Assembly: GCF_002105155.1 (NCBI RefSeq)
Contig: NW_019029015.1
Span: 310,001 to 374,000 of the forward strand
Direction: 5' to 3'
Source of the DNA: Lobosporangium transversale
Taxonomy: Eukaryota
DNA length: 64,000 nucleotides
The notes under the pieces are model-generated. The model was not told the origin of the DNA, ran no database searches, and was given only the letters and a program-made list of their open reading frames with translations. Every line of letters begins with the position of its first letter. Position 1 is the stretch's first letter. Of this stretch, positions 1 through 14,545 are shown piece by piece. The translations under genes were made by a program, and so were the position numbers.

Positions 1-2385
1 GGTATTATCTCGCACCTATGCAAAGACGCTGGTTTATATAGTCTTCGTGAAATCAACTACAATGAACCTCCTACGACTATGCCTATTTGGCCCCCTGTTC
101 AGGATATGGTCCAAGCTGCCATCCCTTCCAATGGCTCCACATTGAGTGCACACGACTTTCTCACCTCGCTTCAGCAGCGTGCTGATCACGAAGCTTCTCA
201 TGGAGCTCGATCGGCTACTGCTGTTGATAGTAATGAACAAAAATTCTTGACCTGTCGTGACTTTTATATCGCCTACAAATCAGGGAAAAGAAAACCAACT
301 GAGGTAGTTATAGCTGTTACGAAGACGAGTGGAAGGTTGAAATCCTTACTCAATTTAACGCTTCATTATAAAAACATTTTTGAATTTCTTAGGTTGCAGA
401 ACAACTTTTGAATGCGATCAAGGCTTCAGATGAAGTCTCGCCAGCCTTGGGTGCTGTCTGGAACTATAATAGGGATGCCATCCTCAAGCAAGCTAAAGAA
501 TCAACAGACCGATATAACCAAGGCCGACCTTTAAGTATCGTCGACGGTGTTCCAGTTATCATCAAAGGTACCAAAAAAAAAAAAAAAAAAAAAAAGTGTG
601 ACTGCAAAGAAGCAAGCAAATCTAACTTTTTGTACAATGGGGTTTCAATCATCCTTTTATTTTCTTCAAGATGAGCTCGACATCAAAGGACTTGAAACTG
701 GAGTTGGTACTAATTTCATCAACAAGGGTAACCCAGCAAAGGAAGATGCTCACCTGGTCTCCTTGCTCCGTTCCCACGGCGCTCTCATTATTGGCAAATC
801 TGTTATGCACGAGATTGGTAAGCAAATGACCGATTGATTTTCTTAATTTGTTTGTGTACACATTAAGACAGAGCATCGGTATCTGACAAATAATCAAATT
901 GACAGGTTTGGGTATCACCAACTTCAACCCCAGTACTAAAACTCCCCGGAATCCTTACCAGCCCGAACATTCAACAGGAGGAAGTTCAGGCGGATCAGGC
1001 GCCGCTGTAGCCTCTGGGTAAGTTGAACAGTATTCATGGTTACTTTTTAAAGCTACAATAGTACCTTTTTATTTTTGTTTTTTAATATTCATCACTTCTA
1101 TTATCAAAATAGACTTTGTCCAATTGCAATTGGGTGTGATGGCGGTGGATCCGTCAGAATCCCTTCATCGTACTGCGGGATCTATGGTCTGAAACCCACC
1201 CAGGGCCGTATTTCAGGCCGGGGTGAATATCCATTGGCGCCGAGTGTAGCGACTAGCGGACCCATGTGCGCCACAATGGAGGACCTTGCGATCGTATACG
1301 CCATTATTGCCGGTCGAGATGTTAAGGTTTGTTGCTGCTAACATTAAAAGACACTTTGCACTTTGTGTGCATACTGGGCGCAATCCAAATGTGTTCTAAT
1401 GAAACAAGGTTTGCATTCGTACATTTAATTTAGGATCCGAATTCACACTTTCAGCCTGCAGTAGTGTTACCAGCTCCGGGTGATGCGGCAATTGCTGCCT
1501 CCAGTGGTCAGCTTCAAGGCCTCCGCATTGGCATCTATCGCCGCTGGTTTGAAGACGTCACTCATCCTGAGATCTCCAAGATATGCTACAAGATGCTAGA
1601 TCAACTCTGCAAGGATCATGGAGCTGTACTTGTTGATATTGAAATCCCTGAGCTGTTTGAATTGAACAAGGCACACAATATTGCGATTGTTGGAGAGATG
1701 ATATCAGAAGTCTATGTAAGTTGAACAAAAAAAAAACTATTTGAATGCTTGCGAGCTACGAAGAAATATAATATGATATTTATTACTATTAACACTTATG
1801 CTTTCTTTTTGCTTTTCTTTCATTATTCCATGTCTTAATTAGAAAGATCGCAAGAAGTTTAATTATCAGACGAGGCTAGAATTGGCAATGATGAATAGTT
1901 TGAGGATGCAGGATTATGTTCGGGCACAAAAGCAGCGAACGCGTAATATCCGCTTCCTTGAGACTTTGTTTGGACATAAAGCAGATGACCAGCAGCACCA
2001 GGAACAATATCCATGCCTGAATGGTCAACAAGGCATCGTGGATGTGATTGTTACGCCGACGATCGCTAATCTGCCTCCACGTGTGAACGCCGGGGCGGAA
2101 TCGCATGGAGAATCAAATTACGTGAACAATATAAAGGGGATGCAATACATGATGATGGCCAATTTGACGGGTATCCCCGGTATCACCGCAGTAGCAGGCT
2201 ATACAAAGGAGCCCTATGTTCACTCGAATGGTGATCATTATTCCCCTGGATTCCCTATTGGGATCCAGTTCATGGGCCAGTGGTGGGACGAGAAACGACT
2301 GATTCATATAGCAACCGTATGTGAGCAAGTTCTGAAAACACGTCAGAAGCCCAAGATCTGGTTGGGTGACAATTACACATTATGA
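1..2385 (+). CDS. Amidase-signature family protein (fatty acid amide hydrolase-like), 5' end outside window
   Basis: Exons approx 1-303, 393-568, 671-817, 906-1017, 1112-1326, 1433-1714, 1843-2385 with GT-AG introns. Motifs: GVPVIIKD (catalytic Lys), [30 protein letters not shown], and the C-terminal [13 protein letters not shown]. Confidence 0.92.
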
Positions 2386-2876
2386 GCAAAAAAAAAACCT
2401 CCGGACCATATCTAGATTAATCATGCTGCCTAAATAAATAAATTAGAAGAAAAAGGATGAAGATTGAAGAAAGTAAAACGGAGAGAAGAAAGTAAGGGCT
2501 GTCAGGGATATAAATCTGAATGCTCAGAATGATGGTAGATGACTAATGATTGCACACGCGTGTACAGTCTACATGGCTATTACTCATTGCATACACACAG
2601 TGCATGCACAAGAACACGCACAATCCTTCACACCTGACTGACACTAACAGGAAATCCAAAAAAAATTCGCACGAAGAGAAGGAGTGAAACACATTTGTAC
2701 TGTACACAAAGACGGCTTTGCTCACTTGAACAAGAGCCAAATTCAAAACAAACAGTCTTGTTTGTTGAGTTTATTGAATCATGCAAAAAACATTTGTTGA
2801 ATCCATTCTTCCCTGTTCCTTACTTGCTTTTTGCCTTCTTTCCCCTTTCCAACCTTTTTTCCATTCTTAAAGGCTA

Positions 2877-3496
2877 ATGGCGTCCACCAACATCTTTGAC
2901 GTCCTCAACGACGACGCTCAGGATCAGGAGATCCGCGTCCCCGCCCCAAAGAAGGAGACTAAGCCTGCTGCAAAAACTGGTGCAAAGCCTGCTGCCGGTA
3001 ATACCTCCAAGTCTGCTACTACTGACAACAGAGGTCCTCGCAAGGATGCTCCTCGCCCCAACAACAGACCAAGAGATAATGATGGTAGGTCTCTTGATAC
3101 AAAAACCCTTTTGTATCGTATCGCTGTTTGATGATTAAACGGAGTGGAACACAATTCACGTATAGCTACCACAATCACGACGTTGCTATAAAAAAAAAAA
3201 AAACAAATGTGTGGTTGTTTCGAGCTTTCGATATCACTTTTCATTGATAAGACTTCCATCTCACAGAGACTGCAACATTGAAGTGATATCTGGACCGCTT
3301 TCTCGTCCTTCCAGACAGGATCAAAAAGTACGAATGGACGCGTGGTCATCGGTCAGATTATATTCCGCAAAGTCTTTTTTCTTTATATATATGTATTGGA
3401 CATATCTGGATTCATGCGCTCTATTACAGGATCGACTCTTTTAAATACTTTGACATATTTCTTTTCTAAAATAACCGGCAGGTTATGTCTACTTAA

Positions 3497-3533
<37 letters not shown>

Positions 3534-4573
3534 CCTGTGGAAGCAGGAATAACACAGCTTTATTGGCACTAATATAAAGTGCTGTAGTTGCAAATGTGTG
3601 TTTACATGGAGTACTTTCAACCTGAGGAAAGTGAAGCAAACAACTCAGGAATGTCATCGGATGTGGCTATCGTGTAAGCTCTACATCTTCATTTTACTGT
3701 GGACTGATGATTTTTTTTTTTTTTTTATTTTTTTTTATTTTTTATATAGCTCCTCGTGGACCTCGTTATGACCGTGCTCCTCGTGATGGAGAAGCCACAC
3801 CCCGCCCACCTCGCGGATCTCGTGCCCCTCGTGGTGGCCGTGGTGGTCGTCATGGCGGCTATGACCGCCACTCTGGAACTGGCATTGTTGACAGTGAAAA
3901 CAAAGAAAACAACCGTTTGGGCGATCCCACTTCTTCTTATCTCGAAGCTGAGCAAGATGCTGCTACTGTGTAAGTAATTCAAGCAATTATCTACTTTCAC
4001 AATGGAGATTTAACTGTTGATTGCTATTATAACGGACCTATAGGAAGGATATGTTGGTCTTATGGAAATCTCATCTCATTATCACTCATGTATTATATCG
4101 ATAGAGGCACTGATGAGGCTACTACCGATGCTCCCGAGCCTGCTGAGCCCGAGACTACCATCAAGACCCTTGATGACTTCTTGCAAGAGAAGGCTGCCAA
4201 GGCCGCCAAGATTGCTCTTCCCGAAGCCCGTGCTGCCAATGCCGGAGCGGATGAATCCAAGTGGAAGGACGCCAAGGTCCTTGAGATCCAGGAGGCTGAA
4301 GACTTCATCAAGATGGGAAAGGAGTCTGCGACCAAGTCCCGCAAGGGCAAGAAGGAGGGCAAGGTCTTGATTACGGATATTGATTTCAAGTTCACTGAAC
4401 CTGCCCGTGAGCCTGCTCCCCGCAGCGCTTTCCGCGGTGGTCGTGGAGGTGATCGTGCGCCCCGTGGTGCTCGTGGCGGCAATAGCAGTCGCCCTCGCGG
4501 TGGTGCCGGTTCTCGTGGTGCTTCGGTCAATGTTGATGATCAGGAAGTCTTCCCAAGCCTCGGCTCCCAGTAA
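2877..4573 (+). CDS. STM1: Stm1/SERBP1 (HABP4/PAI-RBP1) ribosome-binding RGG protein
   Basis: Exons 2877-3084, 3750-3969, 4105-4573. N-terminal MASTNIFDVL, YDRHSGTG, TLDDFL, RGG-rich tail ending VDDQEVFPSLG. Codon usage looks like a highly expressed gene. Confidence 0.88.
3291..3458 (+). ncRNA. Candidate box H/ACA snoRNA in STM1 intron 1
   Basis: Hairpin with lower stem GACCG/CGGTC, an internal pocket and upper stem CGTCC(3304-3308)/GGACG(3336-3340). AGATTA (ANANNA, H box) lies at 3355-3360, 14 nt from the upper stem. A second stem CAAAGT(3368-3373)/ACTTTG(3447-3452) is followed directly by ACA at 3453-3455. Folded by eye only. Confidence 0.4.
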
Positions 4574-5496
4574 AGGCAATAGGCAAAGGAGGAACCTAGG
4601 AAGAATTGAATTTGGCTCTTTACGAGTCAGAGGGGATATTGTTAAAACTGTTTAATGAAGAGTTTGCCAACAATGTTTTTTTTTTGTCAGTATTCCGATG
4701 TCTGAATTGCCACCATCTCTGAAAAATGCTGGTCAAAGCGTTTTTTTTTCAGTAATCTGGAAAGGAGGAAATGTGTAAACAGTTTCAGTTTGAAAAATAT
4801 ACCATTCGGCATTTCAAGAGAACTTTAGAAGCAAGTCATCTTATAGATCTCTTGATACAGACAATTGCCCATTTCCGACGCCCAGTGCCTTGGGTTGCTG
4901 CATCCATGTCCCTGACTGACTTCGCCAACACATGTGTTGTCCTCTCACGCCGAAAGTTGAACAATGCGCTCAGACATAAACTTACCGTTCCCGTATGCAA
5001 AGATTGTAAAAAAAAAAAAGGAACGACATCATAAGAAATTACTCCTTGCGCCGTTCATCCCTTACCCTTTTTTCAGTTTCTTTCCGCCTTATTACATGTC
5101 TTTAGTTGTAAATCTTTTTTTTCTTTTTTCCCTTGTTCCCCTTTTCTTTTTTGTTATCAACATCTTCATAACTGGTCTGAGCTCTTTTCTTAATCACCCC
5201 TTTCTCTATTTCACCCCCTGTCATTATTTTATTGTCGAGTGATCCTCATCTTTGTCTCTTCTAAAGTGAGTTTTTCTGCTGACTTTTACTTTTTAATATT
5301 CTGTTCTTTTTCACCACCATTTATATTCAGTCCCCAAGCTATTTCCTCATAATTATTCACATTTCTAACCTAAAAAAAAGAAGACCTTGCAGTGACATTT
5401 TATAGCTACAATATAAAACAAGGTTTTGCAACAGAATAATAAGGTGCATTTAAAGAGCATTGGCAAAGAAATCAATGAGTGGCGCCTCTGGGCGCT

Positions 5497-5527
<31 letters not shown>

Positions 5528-5574
5528 CACGAAAATTGCGTGACACGCGCCACGAAGACGCGAAACGAGCGCGT
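5528..5574. promoter_or_regulatory. Cluster of SCB/MCB-like (CACGAAA / CGCG) motifs
   Basis: CACGAAAA 5528-5535, ACGCGC 5545-5550, ACGCGAAA 5558-5565 and GCGCGT 5569-5574 fall within 47 bp of otherwise AT-rich DNA, right after a poly(A) tract. Confidence 0.4.
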
Positions 5575-6621
5575 CTGCAGTTTAGAACAGATTTAACATA
5601 AAGTGTAATGAGGATGAGATGGAAGGTTTTCCTGCATGCCATTTACATTTAAACCGTTACTTAACCCCTGAATGAGTCCGACTTCATGCATTTCTGACAA
5701 TTGACAATCTATGATTCAGATGGTTTAGGAAGTCGTGGCTTTTTTTTTTTGTATAACGCGCATTGAGTGTGTGTGTGGTTCAATGTGTGATGATTGTATT
5801 TATGGTTGGTCTGTACTAAGAATGTTCTATTACTGATATTGTTTGTACCCTATACCTCTAATGTCAGTTACTGCTTGAATACTTCCATTTCGCTCATATC
5901 TGTCAACATGACTTTAAGAAAAGAATAATTCCTAAACTCACATTTTAAATTATGTAGGATTGTATTACATCCCTGTATTTGTGAATGCATCCTCCTGTCC
6001 TCCTTTTCCCCTCGTTCCCCCTCTCTTTCCTTCCTTATTTCTAAGCCCTACAAACAGACGCTTTTTTTTTTCTTCCTTCCTTCCCATCACCATCACTCTT
6101 GATATTTAAGTATCTCGTCAAAGTCATCCATCCTTCCTTCCCTTCCTCTTCCCTTTCCTTGCATCCTCTCAATATTCTTTTAGCCTTTCTTGCTCTACTG
6201 ACTTTTTTATTTTATTTTATTTTATTTTTTATTTTTCCCTCCCTATTAAAGGACGTATATTGTAAATATATGTCTTAGATTCCGTGGATCAAAGTATTTC
6301 GAGTAAATAACCAGGTAGAGTAATAACCCCGAATATTACCCAATCCGTCAATCCCATCATGACGACCTCTATCATCTGCATTCTTTCCAGGACGGAAAGT
6401 ATGCCTTGAGATGCGTTGCTTCGGCTCAACTCTTTTCCATACGATCTATTAACCACATACCGCTGCTTGCTTAATCATCATACTGAAGACAATCTACCAG
6501 GCCCTAATTTTTTTTAAACCTTTTTTTCAATATCTATCAAAACAACCCGTAACTTTCACGAAGATCAAGGACATCGCCCAATTGCTCTACTACTGCAAGT
6601 CTTTAGTGACATTAAAGACGG

Positions 6622-8032
6622 ATGATGAGCAACGCCAAATTCGGGCTCACAGACCCTGCCGTCACTAATCAGCGAAATGTTCAGTTCCGAGTCCCGCCAT
6701 CTCAACAACAACAACAGATGTATCCGCAGCAGCAACAGCAGCACTCACCAGTACATGAGGGGACCGGCCTGGCCAACATGGCACCCAAGTCCCAAATCCC
6801 TGATCCTGCCTATACACAGCAGTGTTCATCATCAGGCATGCCCATGTCCCAACAAGGGCATTCTACACATCCGCAGCAATATTCACATTCTTCACACTCT
6901 TCACACTCTTCACACTCACATTCACAATTCAGTTCGAATCCACAACAGCCGTCCCATCCTCATCAACATCAGCAGCAAAGACCGCCAATCCCACCCAATC
7001 ATCGACTGCATCACAGCATCTCTGCAGGCAATATCTCCATGGCTGCAAACGCTACACGGTATGCAAACCTGAATGCCCCTGGCGGTGGCACAGCGCCACT
7101 AAAAAAGAAAGATCCGTATGCGACAGCTTGGAGAACGTACTCCAAAATTGCAGAAGAACTGCAGCTTCTTAATCCAGACGGGAGTCTTTATCCAATCTCT
7201 AAGGAAGCAATCTTGAAGTACCTGCATCACCAATCCAAGAGAATCAAATCAAGCAACCTTCACTGGTATGTGAATGGATTGAAGAAACACCAAGAGAACT
7301 TGGGTTTCCCATGGGACGATGTCCGATATGATGAGCAGGTCGTGAGCTTGCTGAAGGAGCTCACCCTACATCCTGTCATGGTGAGTGAGAATGGAGATGA
7401 TGATGGGCATGGACACAATTATGGCTCACAGCCAAACCGACATCGACAGACCAACTCCGGCACGTATCCTCCAGGAAGGGTCAGCCATCACTATTCGTCG
7501 TCCTCTGTCGACACGACTAAGATTGCAAATCTTTTCATATCTCATCAATCGCAACCATCTCAATCCTCACAACAACAACAACAACAACAGCAACAACAGC
7601 AACAGCAACAGCAACAACAACAAACACAGCAGCAGCATCACCAAATCCAGCAAAAGCAGTCTATATCCCACAACCAATCCTATAACAATGGTCCAAAACC
7701 TAATCAAGGCCTGCCACAGTATCATCATCACCACCAACAGCAGATGCATTCACAGGCTCAACGAATTCAGCAAAATTCGCCACCAAAGCCATTCTACCAA
7801 GCCCCTTTACATCATGCACGGACACCCAGTTCACAGGAATTAACTCACCACAATGGCACCGGTAGTGGCGTAGGATATCAATCTTCACCACCCAGCGCTA
7901 ACTTCATGCCGACAGATGTTGAAGCTTCACGATCAGATTCGATCATTAATGTTCCCAGCACATTGACGAAAAGGAAGCGAGATGGTTTTGCATTCAAGAA
8001 ACGTAAGACACTGCAGTCTCTCTCTCTCTCTC

Positions 8033-8072
<40 letters not shown>

Positions 8073-8416
8073 TTTATTCAGAGCTCCTTTAAGCCTTTAT
8101 TCGGGTTGTACTAATTATTATTATAATTATTTTTTATTTTGTAGGACGCGCGCCAGGAGAAGATAATGATGGCGATGACATGCAAGATGATGAACTCCGG
8201 GGTGGAGATTTCGATGAAGATAGACGAGGGCATGATTTAGATGACTTTGACGACATTGAAAACCCAAATGGATACCAGTCATTGAAGCGTCGTGCATCCA
8301 CAGGAACATTACTGAGTCAAGCAAGAGCAACAGCTGTAAAGAATGTCTTTTTTGTTTAGTTTTGGTATTTATTTGCATTAACCAAACTATCGTCTCAAGA
8401 AATCCTTTTATTTATG

Positions 8417-8449
<33 letters not shown>

Positions 8450-10351
8450 CAACCAGGATAAGCATGCTCTCGGACCATTTATGCCGGTTCAACATGAATC
8501 AAGTTCACATTTGTATCGACTGGGGCATGTCCATGAAACACCTCCAGGTAAAGTCAACACTATCCTTTCTCAGCAACGGGGAGATCAACTCCTTCGATCT
8601 CCTTCACCTGACCCACGAGATGACGATTTAAATGGCCAGCACCCGTCGAGTCAACTTACCCAAGGCTCTCCAGCAGACTTTATGCCTTCGAATTCATTTG
8701 CTGGTGGGCATCCCTTTGCTGAGGGTGAATTTCGACGGTATCACCATCGTCACCAGAGCAGTTCCGGTACAGTAACATCCCCTACAGGCTTTACTACGCC
8801 TCTACCATCCTCTCACAGCAATGCACCGACTGCAATACCGGCTCCTGGAGCCGCAACCAAGACAACCGTCCAGTTTTCAGAAGTGGTTGAATGTGCTCAG
8901 ATGCTACAAGCAAAGTATGGAAACAAATGCAAGGACCATCCTTGGGGCTGTGTTCAGGCCACCGAAAGCCGACATCTGGAGTTGACCATTAAGATGTACA
9001 TGGACTGGGCTGGTCTTGTGGTAAATAATATGGCTTTTTATTTTTTTATTTTTTAATTTTACGTTATTTTATTTTATTTATAAAAATCAATAAGCTTCTT
9101 CCTTCCCAATCACGAAAACTAATCAAATATGAGTTTGACCCATAATAGGCGAGTGGTCGGTTGACCATGGGTGAGATACCCGACCTTCCAGAGTTCCGTA
9201 TCGCAAAGCCTCCCCATAGTGGTGCACTAAGGCGCATGGCCTCCACGCCTCTCACGTCATCCTTCCTGAATAATAGTTCAATGAGCACAGGAGCACCAGT
9301 GAATTTAACTGGTTCGTCCGCACGGCACATGGGCGCAAAAAATGCGCTTTCTGGCTCAGGACATGGCCTATTCGACCCTTACCGGTCACCATCCTCATCT
9401 CCCCAGCATTGTTACCATCACGATAAGGATCAGATAACAGAGAAAAGCGAGCTTTCGAGCAGAATTGACTCTTCGCCTCTACAACCGACCTCTGTACAGA
9501 GATCTGTCCTATCGTCACCTCCACCTTCAGGAGCGGACAGTTTCCCTAGCGATGATGTGCCTGCTGAAAGTACCAGTGGATCACTTGCTAACCAGGTCCG
9601 TACTGCTCGTAAGATGCCTAGTACGCCTAGTTTGGGCCAGCATATGCGAGAAGGACAAACTATATCTCATTTGGAGCATCAACAAAAACGTCACGTCGAT
9701 AGATTTACGATGGGGCTTGCAAGAGGACATTTACATGCGACTGTTTCAAAATGGACTGGATCTTCACCACGGTCCGAAGGAGAGATGTCAGAGGACGAAG
9801 AGTTGGATGAAAGGAATGTTGACATTGATAGGGCAAATGAAGAAATTGATAATTATGCTTTGAGCCCATGGGCCACTGGCCCAAGTGCCCTTGCTGCTGC
9901 GAAGGCAGCTCAAAAGGCAGGTATCATTATAAGTGACGACACTAGTGGCGACACTAGTGATAAAAAGTTCAGTGATGAGGATATGGACAAGGTACAGTCA
10001 ACAGCTGTTCAGAATGAACCGGTGCCACCGCAAGGGTTAGCAAGTACAGGAGCGTTTGCCTCTTCATCAACCATGATAGAAGATGATGCAGAGACTGCTG
10101 TGTCAGTAATCGGCACTATTTCTGACCCAACTCCTATGCAGCCGGCAGAAAGTGATGATGTGGTTAACGGCGGCGTCGATAGCGGTTCGGTGTATACAGC
10201 GACTAAAGAATTAAACTCATTGATGATTGGGTGTGCAGCAGAGCAAAAGGACAACGGAAAGAAGCAGAAGAAAGAAGGGGATGCTGTCGCTAAATCGCAC
10301 AGCGATGAAGACACTGAAATGGCTGAGGCGACATGGGATATGCAAGATTAA
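6622..10351 (+). CDS. Uncharacterised Q/H/S-rich protein with two small globular domains (recombinase core-binding-like helical domain; CxxH..C..H domain)
   Basis: Exons 6622-8002, 8145-8335, 8457-9020, ~9149-10351 join in frame across GT-AG introns. Contains polyQ, basic NLS-like KRKR/KKRR, and ordered segments at ~7100-7375 and ~8865-9200. Confidence 0.85.
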
Positions 10352-10997
10352 AAAAAAAAAAAAAAACGCCAACGGCAAATATGCGCAAAAAAAAAAAAAA
10401 GATTGAATTCATTTGTTTGTACTTTCAATTTATTATTATTATTATTATTATTATTGTTGTTATTCCTACTAGTACTACTATTACTAACTACAAAATTATT
10501 ATTATTGTTATAACTATTATTATTGATCAATAAAAAAATCCAGCGTAATGAGTATACACCACAAAGTTGATCTGCTCCTAAAATGACGGACATTGTCTGT
10601 AGTCCAAAGCACCATAACTCTAAATAAGAAACCACATTAAGACGGTGACAAAGATTGAATCTCAGCCAATGAGATCTCGAGGATCCAGGTTCTCACCAAA
10701 AGAAAAGAAAAAAAATATGCGTATGCTTTTATTCGTGATTTGAATCTTTTATTAGGGTTGTTCACAAGTTTGGCATGCTATACTATTTTACAGAGATATA
10801 TTTACAAAAAAAAAAAACGCCCTTTCTCCCTATCCTCCCTACTCTCCTTACCCCCACACACAACAACACACACCTTTCGTGCTCTCGCATTCTCCTCCTT
10901 CTTTCTTTTCATTTTTCTTCATTTCTTCTCCTTTCTTTTCATCTTTCTCTTTGCTCCTTATGCTCAGATCGGTTTTTACTATGCTCCGCCTGCATGC

Positions 10998-12935
<1,938 letters not shown>

Positions 12936-13211
12936 TTTGATTTTGATTTTGATTTTGATACTGAAATAATAATAATAATAATAAAGGATGAAATCCTTTG
13001 GAGGATGATTGCAAATAAGATGTATTCGAATGACAGAAGGTTCGAGAGGATAGTAGAGTGTTCAACAAGGTAATATATAGTAGTTTTTTCTTTTTCTATT
13101 TTTTTTTTTTTTTTTTTTTTTTTTTCCCCCACGGAGGCTTGTGACTTGTACGTGTAAAACCTCTTTGGTTAAAAAGAAGCGTGTATGCGGGATGGAAAAT
13201 CAGAGTTGAGG

Positions 13212-13244
<33 letters not shown>

Positions 13245-13562
13245 AATATAATGATTTCTGTATCGATATTGGGCTCGGATTTGGGTTTGGCTTTGGGCTA
13301 GGATTTTTTTGCTGTGCCTTTTTGCTGACGGATGTTATCTCTTGATTGGTGTGGTGCTTAAAGAAAAAAAAAAAAAAAAAAAAAAAAGGGCGATCCAAGG
13401 TATCGATTCTATTTAATACATGTAATGCATGTCCAAATATTTTGAATGTCAAGTTAGCGATATTTTTTTTAAAATAATGACGCCTAGCGTCTTGGCAAAA
13501 ATGCAATCTCCCTTCTCCACACCTCCCTACCCACCCCCACCCCCACCCCCTCCTTCCTCATT

Positions 13563-13888
13563 GAACAATGCTGGTAATTATTCGGTAAGGCATATGTAAA
13601 TAGGGAGGAGGGAAAAAATAAAAAAATAAAATAAAAATATAATAAAAAAGAAAGAGTGAAGGCGTGACAAGAAGGAGAACAAGGAGATAGGGGGGAGTAG
13701 AGAACAAAAATGATGAAAAACAGGCTAGAAAAGTAATAATAATAACAAAAAAAAAAAAAAAAAAAAAAATAGGAAAGTCCATCGCTGATCATTTCTCTGA
13801 ACAATACTGGTAATTGTTTTGATGAGATGAGGCTAAACAAGAATGAAATAGGGAGGGAATTGAAAGGGGCGGGATAGGGACGAGCCTG

Positions 13889-13920
<32 letters not shown>

Positions 13921-13957
13921 TTCATTCCTGATCATTTCTGCGAACAAATCTGGTAAT
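13563..13957. repeat. Dispersed 16-30 bp motif (GAACAA-NN-CTGGTAAT) x3 upstream of the kinase
   Basis: Copies at 13563-13578, 13785-13814 and 13928-13957. The latter two share 26/30 nt (CTGATCATTTCT..GAACAA..CTGGTAAT). Confidence 0.75.
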
Positions 13958-14513
13958 CGCTCAAAAAGAGAAAAAGGGGAAGGGGAAACCAGTAACGAAC
14001 AAATATGCATTCCTGCAGAATGCAAAAAAAAAATAAAAAAGAAAAAAGAAAACATAATCAGAGCTACAGATGATTATAGTTTTATATTAGATGAAAGAAC
14101 AAACCAAGCAAGATGGAGTAAAATTTGGGTGGGAGGGGGAGGAATGTACATCAGGAAAAAGCGATATACCCAACACTGTAATGAAATCAACGCGATATGT
14201 GATCAACATCACACCCTGGTCACAATGAAGAAACAGGGATCGAGAGAAGAGAGGCAGTAATTACAAGGTTCAGAGGATGTGGGGATGAGAGGATGAGGAG
14301 ACAGAGATCATGATTACCATACACGTGCGTTCGAGTAAGAGGAATGTCGACAGCTTTGGCACATCCCCTGTGGCTTACCTTGATAGATCTCAGCTCAGGA
14401 TCTGATGGTTATGTCAGATAAGGATGTAAGCGTGTATGTTAAAAATATAGAGTATGGCGTGATGAAATGTGTTTACAAATATTGTAGACGTTCGTGCTGA
14501 GAAACGAATAAAA

Positions 14514-14545
<32 letters not shown>

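Noticed and set aside
3360..3560. snR30/U17 identity for the STM1 intronic RNA (ATATTCC resembles m1)
   Set aside because: No m2 (AAACCAT) motif, and the position relative to the hairpin is wrong.
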